From Candidatus Latescibacterota bacterium (GTDB lineage: Bacteria; Latescibacterota; UBA2968; GCA-2709665): DNA of 64,000 nucleotides. A program made the translations under genes and the position numbers. Under the pieces are notes generated by a model. It searched no databases, was not told the origin of the DNA, and saw only the letters and a list, made by a program, of their open reading frames with translations. Position 1 is the first letter of the stretch. Every line of letters starts with the position of its first letter. The stretch spans positions 448,001 to 512,000 of the forward strand of contig OZ220733.1 of assembly GCA_965116875.1 (NCBI GenBank), read 5' to 3'. This document shows positions 1 through 8,033 of the stretch, one piece after another.

Positions 1-721
1 CGTAGGCGACGAGGATATAGGTCAGGTTGAGAAGAATACTGGAAACGAGGATGCCGGCATAGCCCGAGATTGCGTGGACGCCGCCCAGACCCTGAAACAC
101 CGACCGGAGAATGCCGGTCAGCCGGTCCGCGGCCGACCGGGAAACCCACCGTACCGGCAGTCGCAAGACTGTCAACGCACGGTCGCCGTATACCGAAAGA
201 AGCGCAAAGAGCACGAGTATACCCACCGTGGCCGCCAGCGTAAAGAGCGCGACCGCTTCCATCCACGGGAACGCCGCGGCGATTTTTTCTCTCGTAAAAT
301 AGAGGACGCCACCCAGAAAGACGAGGAGAGCCAGCATGTCGATCGCCCGTTCGACGAGGATCGTGGCGAAAACGCCGCTCAACGGCAGGCGCCGGTCCCT
401 TTGAAGCGCGACGCCGCGCGCGATCTCGCCGGCGCGGGAAATGACGTTCGTGGCCGCATAGCCCACGAGTATGGCATGGCTGGCCATCATGAAGGATATC
501 TGGCGACTGACGGGTTTCAGGAGGATCCGCCAACGCCAGGCTCGGGGGAAAATGGATAATACGAGAAGAAAGACGCTTAAGACAAGCCAGGATCCTGTGG
601 CCTGCCTGACCGCAGACCAGAGGCCGGCAGGAGCGACGCCCTGAAAAGCCAGCCACAGAAACCCGGCGGCGAGGGCCGCCCCGATGGAAAATTTGAGCCA
701 TGTCTTTATGGTGTCAGGCAC
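1..721 (-). CDS. Lysylphosphatidylglycerol synthase TM-domain / flippase-like membrane protein (3' end runs off the window)
   Basis: Not in the ORF track. Manual translation from GTG at 721: MPDTIKTWLKFSIGAALAAGFLWLAFQG...RAWRWRILL...NVIPRAGEIAR...ATILVERAID, matching the RW / N..P.R.GE..R / ER..D motifs of LPG_synthase_TM (UPF0104). Confidence 0.85.
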   Translation of the reverse strand, partial: MPDTIKTWLKFSIGAALAAGFLWLAFQGVAPAGLWSAVRQATGSWLVLSVFLLVLSIFPRAWRWRILLKPVSRQISFMMASHAILVGYAATNVISRAGEIARGVALQRDRRLPLSGVFATILVERAIDMLALLVFLGGVLYFTREKIAAAFPWMEAVALFTLAATVGILVLFALLSVYGDRALTVLRLPVRWVSRSAADRLTGILRSVFQGLGGVHAISGYAGILVSSILLNLTYILVAY

Positions 722-736
722 GATTGAATTCCAGGT

Positions 737-1627
737 TCAGTAGCCGAAACCGCGCAGGGCCTGTTCTTTCTTCCGCCAATTCTGAAAGACCTTCACCCGC
801 AGTTCCAGGTAGACCGGAACGTCCAGGAATGCTTCAATCTTGCCTCGTGCAATCTTGCCGATGGATTTGAGGGTTTTTCCATTTCCTCCAATGACGATGC
901 CCTTCTGGGACTCTCGTTCAACGACAATAATGGCCCGGATATGGGTTCTGTGGCGGTCTTCCCGGAAAGCCTCCACCTTGACCGTGGTTGCATATGGCAA
1001 CTCCTGACGCAGTTGCAGGAAAATCTCTTCCCGGATGAGTTCGGTGACGAAAAATCGCTCCGGGTGCTCGGTGAGCATGTCTTCCGGAAAGTACAGGGGT
1101 CCTGAGGGCAGCGCCTGCTCCAGACTGGACCGAAGCAGTTCGACATTGTAACCGGTTTGGGCGGAAACCGCAATGACTTCCTGAATGTTGGCTTCCTGCC
1201 TCACCGCATCCGCGCACTGCGTTCCCCGGGCCGCGGATACCAGGTCGGATTTATTGACCGCGACGATGCGCGGGCTCCTGACCCTGCGGAGGACTTCACG
1301 CATTTCCCGGTCGAAGGTGGCATCGAAGTCCGAGGCGTCAACGACACCGAGGAATACATCCGCGTCACTCACGGAACGCCGTATCTGATCGCACATTCGC
1401 TCGTGCAGACGACAACGGGGCTGAAACAATCCGGGTGTATCCAGAAAAATCATCTGGGACGTCCGGGAGGTGAGAATGCCGGATACGCGGTGCCGCGTGG
1501 TCTGAGGTTTTGCGGTCACTATGGAAAGGCGTGCGCCAACGAGGTGGTTAAACAACGTGGATTTGCCCACGTTGGCCTTTCCGGCGATTGCGATATACCC
1601 GGATTTGAAATCGGTCGCGCTTGACAT
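737..1627 (-). CDS. era: GTPase Era
   Basis: GKANVGKST, KPQTTR, DTPG and NKSD motifs; C-terminal KH domain with ELPY and VIG. Confidence 0.97.
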   Translation of the reverse strand: MSSATDFKSGYIAIAGKANVGKSTLFNHLVGARLSIVTAKPQTTRHRVSGILTSRTSQMIFLDTPGLFQPRCRLHERMCDQIRRSVSDADVFLGVVDASDFDATFDREMREVLRRVRSPRIVAVNKSDLVSAARGTQCADAVRQEANIQEVIAVSAQTGYNVELLRSSLEQALPSGPLYFPEDMLTEHPERFFVTELIREEIFLQLRQELPYATTVKVEAFREDRHRTHIRAIIVVERESQKGIVIGGNGKTLKSIGKIARGKIEAFLDVPVYLELRVKVFQNWRKKEQALRGFGY

Positions 1628-1642
1628 AGTCGAGCTATCGGT

Positions 1643-2596
1643 TCAGAAATATACGGAACCCGAGACGCGGTAGGTGTTGTCCAATTCGCCGTGTTCCAGA
1701 AAAGCGAAGTCGAAAGCAACGCGTCCGCGCAGCCGGACGCCCGCACCGGCGGTAAAGTGATTTCCCCTTGCACCCAGACGGAATGCCAGCTTCTCCCGAT
1801 AGACGTATTCGATGCCAACCCTCGCACCCTGAAGACCGTCGGCGGCGGATTTTTCCTCGCCGATGTTGATACTTCCGCTGCAGGTGACCCGTCCGTTGAC
1901 CGCCGAAACAGTTCTCGCGAGTGCGAGACCGATGGCGAGGACCGGCGGGACCCGGTTCGACGAACCCGAGTCGAAGGTGATCTTCATGGGGATGAGATTG
2001 CGAATCATCAGTCCCGCGGTCAGGTCCGCCCGGGGCACATAGAGCATGCCGAAATCGATCCCGAATCCCGAACCGGCGCCGGCACCGGCGCCGAGGCTGC
2101 GGGATACGAGCTTCACTCCGGCCCCCGCGAACAGATTCGGCCTCAGTCCTCTACCAAAGGCAAGATGCAGGTGGGTTTCGGTTGTACCCGTGACACGGGA
2201 AACGACCGGACGGTTGTCCGGACCCGGTGCAAGCGCAGGATCCTCCAGTGTGGTGATCTTGACGCCGTCAACACCAAGGCGCGTCAGCCCGACGCCGAAG
2301 CCGCCGAGAAGAGAGGGCCCACCCAGTGTAAAGACGTCGTGATTGACCGTACCGCCGAACTGCTCGGCGTGTTGTATCTGCAATTCACGTCGCCGAAGCC
2401 GCTCAAGACCCGCGGGATTCCAGTAAACCGCTGTTGCATCATCGCTTATGGCCACAAAAGCGCTGCCCATCCCCAACGGTCTTGCTCCCGCGCCGAGCAA
2501 CAGCGGGTCTTCTGAATAACGGGTTTCTTCCTGCGCTGCAGCCGGCGCGGGTAGCGACAGGGCAAGCGTCAGGATCACGAGGAGAAACTGCTTCAC
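1643..2596 (-). CDS. PorV/PorQ (UPF0164)-like outer-membrane beta-barrel protein
   Basis: Signal peptide; GAGARPLGMGSAFVAISDDATAVYWNPAGL motif; alternating beta strands; C-terminal Phe. Confidence 0.85.
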   Translation of the reverse strand: MKQFLLVILTLALSLPAPAAAQEETRYSEDPLLLGAGARPLGMGSAFVAISDDATAVYWNPAGLERLRRRELQIQHAEQFGGTVNHDVFTLGGPSLLGGFGVGLTRLGVDGVKITTLEDPALAPGPDNRPVVSRVTGTTETHLHLAFGRGLRPNLFAGAGVKLVSRSLGAGAGAGSGFGIDFGMLYVPRADLTAGLMIRNLIPMKITFDSGSSNRVPPVLAIGLALARTVSAVNGRVTCSGSINIGEEKSAADGLQGARVGIEYVYREKLAFRLGARGNHFTAGAGVRLRGRVAFDFAFLEHGELDNTYRVSGSVYF

Positions 2597-3174
2597 GGGA
2601 AGGACTCTTGCAGTGTAAAATCAACGGGAGGAATGAGTATCGCGGCGCATCCCGGCCGAAGAGCGGAATCCAGCGCCTTGACGTCGGACGAAACGAGGCC
2701 GATGCCGAAGGTCCCGGCCGGCAGGGGAAGCTCGTGCGGCTGGATGAGAAGGGAAGGAGAAAAATACAGCCTGGAACGACTCCGGGGACCCTCTATCAAC
2801 CGGCCGCTGAAATCGACTGGCAGCCGTCTGCCGCGAAGCCTGAGCCCGGAATTTCCGGGTTCAATGCTGTACGGGGCGAGCCGGTCGATCATCCGGAGTT
2901 GGGATGACGACAGGCTCAACGTTCCCGGAAGTCGATCATGCTGAATCGCGCAGACCCGCAAGATGTGCGCTCCCGCCTTCAGATAGACGTTGCGGGACGG
3001 AAGATCGATGACGAGATAGTAGTCGTCGGGATTCTCGCGTACGAAGCGAAGTTCGAGGCGCAGAGCCTGTTTTCTGTTGTGGAGCGCCTGTTCGAGCGAG
3101 TCGGGAACGCTTCCGGCCGATGCCGGGGTGGACGGCGTGGACAGGGCGATGAGGATGGCGACAGGGAGAGTCAA
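2593..3174 (-). CDS. Exported L,D-transpeptidase-like protein lacking the catalytic His/Cys
   Basis: C-terminal part of track ORF 2593..3846. The TTG start overlaps the upstream TGA (TTGA). Signal peptide, short coiled coil, YYLVIDL..RNVYL (YkuD beta start), and GTFGIGLVSSDVKAL where HGCIRL is expected. Confidence 0.65.
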   Translation of the reverse strand: MTLPVAILIALSTPSTPASAGSVPDSLEQALHNRKQALRLELRFVRENPDDYYLVIDLPSRNVYLKAGAHILRVCAIQHDRLPGTLSLSSSQLRMIDRLAPYSIEPGNSGLRLRGRRLPVDFSGRLIEGPRSRSRLYFSPSLLIQPHELPLPAGTFGIGLVSSDVKALDSALRPGCAAILIPPVDFTLQESFP

Positions 3175-3797
3175 TAGATGAAGACGCGGCTTCCGGTTTG
3201 CGCCATGGCGAACGTCGACTCGAGGTCGGCGTCGTTCAGACGGATGCATCCGTGGGTGATATTCCGCCCGATCAGATTCGGGTAGAGATTGCCGTGAATC
3301 TCGTAGCCATCGCCCAGTTCCAGAGCGAACTTGCCCAGCGTGACCGGATCCAGGCGTCTGAAATCCCACGGAAGCACAGGAGTCTCCAGACCCGCCTCCA
3401 CAAAAGCCCATTCCGGCTTCTCCCAAATTGGATTCACCACTTTTCGCCGGATTTCGAATTGTCCCTTCGGCGTGTTGAACCGCCACGATTTGCGTTTGTC
3501 GCTCAACAGGATCTTTCCGCTTCCGGTTGCGCAGACCGCTTCCCTGACCAGACGGTTTCGGCGCCAGATTTGCAGGCGATTGTGTACCGTGTCGATGACG
3601 ATATCCGGTTTTTCGTCCATCAACCCGTCCAGCGCGGCTTCCAGCCTCCGGACCTCCGCCTGGAGACGCTTCGCCGTGGAGGACAGGACCGGGGCGCCTG
3701 CCAGCTCGGAACGCGGACTCCCGGCGTCGGGGGCGCCGGACCGGCAGGCGACTGCAACCGGCAGAAGCAGAAACAGGATAAAGCGAAACCGGTGCAT
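3171..3797 (-). CDS. L,D-transpeptidase (YkuD family) lipoprotein
   Basis: Lipobox VAVAC; IVIDT, ATG, TPKG, NPIW, YEIHG and THGCIRL motifs. Confidence 0.93.
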   Translation of the reverse strand: MHRFRFILFLLLPVAVACRSGAPDAGSPRSELAGAPVLSSTAKRLQAEVRRLEAALDGLMDEKPDIVIDTVHNRLQIWRRNRLVREAVCATGSGKILLSDKRKSWRFNTPKGQFEIRRKVVNPIWEKPEWAFVEAGLETPVLPWDFRRLDPVTLGKFALELGDGYEIHGNLYPNLIGRNITHGCIRLNDADLESTFAMAQTGSRVFIY

Positions 3798-3811
3798 GCA
3801 AAGCGTACCAA

Positions 3812-3975
3812 AGAAGCTGTCTTAAAATTCCCAGCGGTCTTCGCACGGCTGCAAAAGCGCCGGTCGGCGTTGGTCAAACTCACCCGTATAGACGAATATG
3901 GGCGAGTTTTTCCGCCTTGACCGCCACTTTTTCGCTCGCGCTCGGGAACTCACCGGTGACTTTAAAACAGCTTCT
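3812..3975. mobile_element. MITE-like repeat family A, full-length copy
   Basis: 15-bp terminal inverted repeats AGAAGCTGTCTTAAA / TTTAAAACAGCTTCT (14/15 match), internal hairpin, non-coding; related copies at 7874, 20572 and 59176. Confidence 0.8.
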
Positions 3976-4048
3976 AAAACTCGAAAACCGAGAAGAACGG
4001 AGGCTTCTCGGTTTTCAGGTTGAACCACGTGTGATTCATTCAGATGAA

Positions 4049-4651
4049 CTATCGCAGATACCAGGCTTTGTTTTCCTCTTTCCAGTCTTCGATTTTCTGC
4101 ATTGCGACTTTTACCGCATCCTGTACTCCGCCCAACTTGCCTTCCGCGGCCTGGGCCTGGGCAAGCGCATCTTTGAACATGCCGTTCTCAAGGCTGCCCT
4201 TTGCGCCATTCAAAGACGCTTCGGCTTCGCCAAGGTCTGCATCGAGTTGGTCCAGATCCTCATCCGCGCCTTTTCCCCTGGGTGCGGCACTGAGCGATTC
4301 ACGGGCTTCCGCCAGACCTGGAGAAGTCGAATCGATAATCGCCTGTGCGTCGTCGCGTGTCCTGACTTTGTTTGTTTCCGCCTGCGACACGGACTGGTTC
4401 GCGCGTTCCTCCGCCTCGATAGCGGCAGCTCTGGCCTCTTTGTATTCGCCCTTTTCCGTCTTGTCCTTGGCATCTTGCAGCGTATTCGCGGCTGAACGGA
4501 AAATCTCCTCGGCATAGACGTCGGCCTCTGCGGCCTTGGCCTTGCTGAGGGCGCCTTCGGCGGCCTTGATTTCTTCCTCGGGAGGTTGTTCGCAAGCCGC
4601 GAAGGCTGCGGCAAAACAGATAACAAAGCCGATTCTCAGGACAGATCGCAT
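4049..4651 (-). CDS. Alanine-rich coiled-coil lipoprotein (DUF4398-like)
   Basis: Lipobox FAAC, GGAG RBS, all-helical sequence AEGALSKAKAAEADVYA. Confidence 0.8.
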   Translation of the reverse strand: MRSVLRIGFVICFAAAFAACEQPPEEEIKAAEGALSKAKAAEADVYAEEIFRSAANTLQDAKDKTEKGEYKEARAAAIEAEERANQSVSQAETNKVRTRDDAQAIIDSTSPGLAEARESLSAAPRGKGADEDLDQLDADLGEAEASLNGAKGSLENGMFKDALAQAQAAEGKLGGVQDAVKVAMQKIEDWKEENKAWYLR

Positions 4652-4750
4652 CTCCCCTCCTTGGTTGATAAGATCTCGAAAGTTGCCAACAAGTCAAACA
4701 GAAATAACCATTTCCGAAACATCTCGGCGTGAATGCACTGATACAGGAAG

Positions 4751-4779
4751 AAGATACACCTTACAATCTACAATGTCAA
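4751..4779 (-). promoter_or_regulatory. Sigma70-type promoter for the lipoprotein-LDT-PorV-era run
   Basis: Minus strand TTGACA-17 nt-TATCTT. Confidence 0.7.
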
Positions 4780-4817
4780 GCGATTTCTCCAGAAATTTCG
4801 CCGTTGCGCCTTCCACG

Positions 4818-4887
4818 CAGCCGGTTGAAAAAGCCCATCCGTACGACGGCCGTCCCTCGTCCGCAGAACGACTTTATCGACGGACTG
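4818..4887. repeat. MITE/REP-like repeat family B copy
   Basis: CAGCCGGTTGAAAAAGCCCATCCG...CGACTTTATCGACGGACTG with imperfect TIRs; homologous to 14991, 40229 and 52489. Confidence 0.75.
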
Positions 4888-4993
4888 ATTGCGGTTGCGC
4901 GCCCACTGTGCTGACGTTATATTGACGGAGTTCCGGAATTCACCGGTACGCCCGCTCGACTGTGGATTCTGCCGAAGTGAACAGGAGGAATTT

Positions 4994-5230
4994 GTGGGTT
5001 TCGAAAATCAGCTGGGTGTGGCAGCGCTTGCCGTTCTTGGAGCGCTGCTTCTCCGATGGACCGGAGTACCCAATCGTTGGACGCCGGTAACGCCTCTGGT
5101 TCTGTCGATGCTGATTGTCGCGTGTTTCGGAGAGCTTGAGACCGCTGGCGACACATTCAGGATCGGTCTGGTCAGCGGGCTGTTCGCCAACGGATTCCTA
5201 TTCCTTCTTCTGGGCACCCGGAATGGATGA
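4994..5230 (+). CDS. Small membrane protein, holin-like
   Basis: AGGAGG RBS followed by GTG; 78 aa with 3 hydrophobic segments; VPNRWTPVTPLVL...IGLVSGLFANG. Confidence 0.55.
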   Translation: MGFENQLGVAALAVLGALLLRWTGVPNRWTPVTPLVLSMLIVACFGELETAGDTFRIGLVSGLFANGFLFLLLGTRNG

Positions 5231-6349
5231 TCTTATTCTCAGACGATTCAGGTCATCCAGAAGCTGCTTGGCGTCGAATACGACGGAATTTTTCGAGATG
5301 CGTTTTTCCTTGCGCACGTAGGCCTCGAGCGCTTCCCGGGCGTCATCGTGGCGGCCGTCTCGAAAGCAGGCCAGGCCCAGGTAAAAATAGGCGTCTGTCT
5401 GGAGCGAATCGGACCTGACCGCGTTTTGAAGATGCGAGATGGCGCTGTCGTAGTTGCGAATATTGAAGTATGACACCCCGAGTTTCAGATAGACCGAGGC
5501 ATCGTCGGCGCCGGCGTCAGCCGCTTTTCCATAGGTTTCGACGGCGGCCTTGTAATCCCCCCGGTTAAACGCGAGATTGCCCAGGCTGACGTACGCCTCG
5601 CCGTATTGCGGGTCGATCTCCAATGCCTTCAGGTAGGCGGCCCGCGCTTTCCCGAGTTTTCCTTCCTGCGCGTAGGCCATTCCCAGATTCCTGTAGATAT
5701 AGCGGCGCTCCGTGGCATCGGGCTGAAACCGAAGCGCCCGCTCGTAGATTTCAACGGCTTTGTCCGGCTTTCCGGTATATATATACGTAAGGCCCAGATT
5801 GAGATACGCGTCCGTAAATCTGTCATTGAGCTTGACGGCACGTTTGTACTCTGCAACTGCCTGATCCGCATATCCTTTATGGTAATATGCCAGCCCCATC
5901 AGGTTTCGCACGAAAGCCGAACCGGGTTTCAATTCCAGTGCGGCTTTGTATTGCGCCAGCGCCGCGTCGTAATTTCCTTTGTGATAGTGTGTTCTGCCCA
6001 GATCGACACGCGCATGAAAGATGCGGGAATCGGCCCTAACCGACCGCCTCAGATATTCCAGCCGTTCATCGGGTCGGGTCAGCAGACGCCCGTACAGGTA
6101 AAGACCCACGGCCGATCCGGGTCTGGCCTGCAGGCGTCTCAGATATTCGGTCAGCAACTCCCGACGGCGGTCCGCCCTGATCATCAGGTCCTGGTAGTGC
6201 ATATTCGCCTGGATATCCTCGGGCCGGACTTTGATCAGTCGGCGGAAATGGGCAATTTCGGCGTCACTCCCGACGACTTCAGCGCCCTGTACCGGGCTTC
6301 CGAGCCATCCGATGCCGAGTAGAGTCAGGTAGATCAGAATGGCGGACAC
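5198..6349 (-). CDS. Exported tetratricopeptide repeat protein
   Basis: About 8 TPR units (NLGLAY, YKRAL); signal peptide from GTG at 6349 preceded by GGAG; the track ORF extends to 6493. Confidence 0.9.
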   Translation of the reverse strand: MSAILIYLTLLGIGWLGSPVQGAEVVGSDAEIAHFRRLIKVRPEDIQANMHYQDLMIRADRRRELLTEYLRRLQARPGSAVGLYLYGRLLTRPDERLEYLRRSVRADSRIFHARVDLGRTHYHKGNYDAALAQYKAALELKPGSAFVRNLMGLAYYHKGYADQAVAEYKRAVKLNDRFTDAYLNLGLTYIYTGKPDKAVEIYERALRFQPDATERRYIYRNLGMAYAQEGKLGKARAAYLKALEIDPQYGEAYVSLGNLAFNRGDYKAAVETYGKAADAGADDASVYLKLGVSYFNIRNYDSAISHLQNAVRSDSLQTDAYFYLGLACFRDGRHDDAREALEAYVRKEKRISKNSVVFDAKQLLDDLNRLRIRSSIPGAQKKE

Positions 6350-6692
6350 GTACGCTCCGGGAGACAAAGGTCGAACGCAGGACGTCGCTTCGACAAAACC
6401 TGTTCGCAACCGGATACCGACGAAGTTACCGACCTGTGACGTGATTGCAATAAAGGCGGTCCAACAGCGGAATCCCCGGCCGTCCGCTGACAACGTGGCT
6501 CCGCAGGCGAGGAACGGCGTCCGACTACGTCAGCCGAGGCAGGGTATACTGTCGAATAAACCGGAGGGCGCCGGTATTCCGGGATGGCGGCGCGGCGCGA
6601 GCTGATGGCACGGGGCGGTGAATCCTGCCCGCCGGACCGTACATTGCGACAGAAGGATCCGTGTTCCGGCAATGGGGGAACCGGATCGCCGC

Positions 6693-7547
6693 TTATCTGT
6701 CTTTCTTCAGAAGGACTTTCAATGGTCGTTTGGGCTTATAGAGGTAGATCACGTCGGCGGGGGCGAGCATGGTATTGAATATGGCGATTTCGTCGATCTT
6801 GCCGGAATAGGCGTAGTTGTTGAACCGGATGGCCAATTCATCCATGTTCCAGGTAATGTCGCGTCGGATATTCTTCTTCCGTCCGATTTCCTCGCCGTCG
6901 ACGAAGAGGGCGTATTCGGCATCGGCGTTTCCACTGTTGATATTGGACCAGGTGACCACAACGTGGCGCCATTGGTCGGACTTCCAGTTGAGCCTGTCGT
7001 ACCTGATCGTCCAGTCTTTTACCAGTTCCTCTCCGACAGTCTGCGTCTTGTCAGGATAGCAGCCGAATCGGAGTGCGCTGGGCGGCCGATCCTTCCGGTT
7101 CTTGTCGAAGTCTACGAATATGACGGCGTCGTCCCACTTCTTTCCCACCGAGAATGGCTCGGGAAACTTCTCCTTGAAGTCGCTGTTGGGATCTACGCTC
7201 AACCAGAAAGAAACGCCGCCGGACCAGGAGCTTCCGGCGTCGTACGGAAAGTTGCCTTTCGCCTGATAGCTGAGAAACGTCGCTCCGTTTGCGAATGAAA
7301 CGAAACCGTCCTCCTTCCCGCCGGTGAACTCATGCCGGGGCGGGCTGCTCGTTTCCATTGCAGCGACCGTGCCCTTTTTTTTCGTAAACGCCTCAAACCG
7401 GGATCTGTCGTCAAAGTTGGCGAAGAAGAGTACATTCGCCGCGAGCTTTTCCTCGATGATCTTTTCCGGACCGCCGCAGGAAGAAAGACAGAGTGCGGCA
7501 ACTGCGGTTGCGATCAGGTGCAGGAGGCGGGGAGCGCACCGGGTCAT
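6693..7547 (-). CDS. LamG/concanavalin-A-like domain lipoprotein
   Basis: Lipobox LSSC; VSFWL, WRHVVVTW, LFVDG and GKIDEIAIFN motifs. Confidence 0.85.
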   Translation of the reverse strand: MTRCAPRLLHLIATAVAALCLSSCGGPEKIIEEKLAANVLFFANFDDRSRFEAFTKKKGTVAAMETSSPPRHEFTGGKEDGFVSFANGATFLSYQAKGNFPYDAGSSWSGGVSFWLSVDPNSDFKEKFPEPFSVGKKWDDAVIFVDFDKNRKDRPPSALRFGCYPDKTQTVGEELVKDWTIRYDRLNWKSDQWRHVVVTWSNINSGNADAEYALFVDGEEIGRKKNIRRDITWNMDELAIRFNNYAYSGKIDEIAIFNTMLAPADVIYLYKPKRPLKVLLKKDR

Positions 7548-7734
7548 AAGTCACGTCTCCTTTCGGGAGAGGATAGGAACGATGAACCCGTTCGACTTGC
7601 CGTAACAAAGGGTCACCAATATAAAAAATGCGTGTTCGGGCGCAAGGGGTTTTTCTCGTTTCCGTTCTTCGGAGACGGTTTTCGGAAGCCGCGAAGGCCA
7701 GAAAAATCAGATGATTAGAGCAATGGAAAATGCC

Positions 7735-7763
7735 TTGACAACGGTTTTCTTATTTGTTATATC
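7735..7763 (+). promoter_or_regulatory. Sigma70 promoter (extended -10) for the giant permease operon
   Basis: TTGACA-17 nt-TATATC with TG at the extended -10 position. Confidence 0.65.
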
Positions 7764-7873
7764 CAAATTTTGTGAATTGCCCTGGACGGCCGGATTTTTG
7801 AACGAATCCTTCGGTCAACGGCGGATGGTTTCGGCGATCGTCCGCAATGCGGTCCGCACCGGTCCCGGGCTCG

Positions 7874-7923
7874 GAAGCTGTCTTGAAATTCCCAGCGGCC
7901 TTCGCATGGCTGCAGAAGCGCCG
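7874..7923. repeat. Family A repeat, left-end fragment
   Basis: GAAGCTGTCTTGAAATTCCCAGCGGCCTTCGCATGGCTGCAGAAGCGCCG matches 3813-3862. Confidence 0.75.
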
Positions 7924-8033
7924 TTGTGCATAAACGTGATGCAACCCCCGGCAGGGTCGCTGCGGGGTTCTTTGCCATGACTCGTCGACAGGGCTGAGCC
8001 GCCCTGGCATTATACAAGATTCAGGAGTTGAAA

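Noticed and set aside
2070-2095. GAGAGAG peptide micro-repeat in the PorV-like gene as a phase-variation tract
   Set aside because: Imperfect in-frame 6-nt units in a probable loop; it would not switch the reading frame.
2593-3846. 417-aa ORF overlapping the LDT on the same strand (possible programmed frameshift or fusion)
   Set aside because: The upstream part is low-complexity off-frame sequence. A TTGA start/stop overlap followed by a signal peptide at 3174 explains it, and I saw no slippery site.
6350-6692. Possible c-di-AMP riboswitch or ncRNA (contains GGTGAATCC and GGGGGAACC)
   Set aside because: The motifs are in the wrong order and on the strand opposite the downstream gene; no full consensus.
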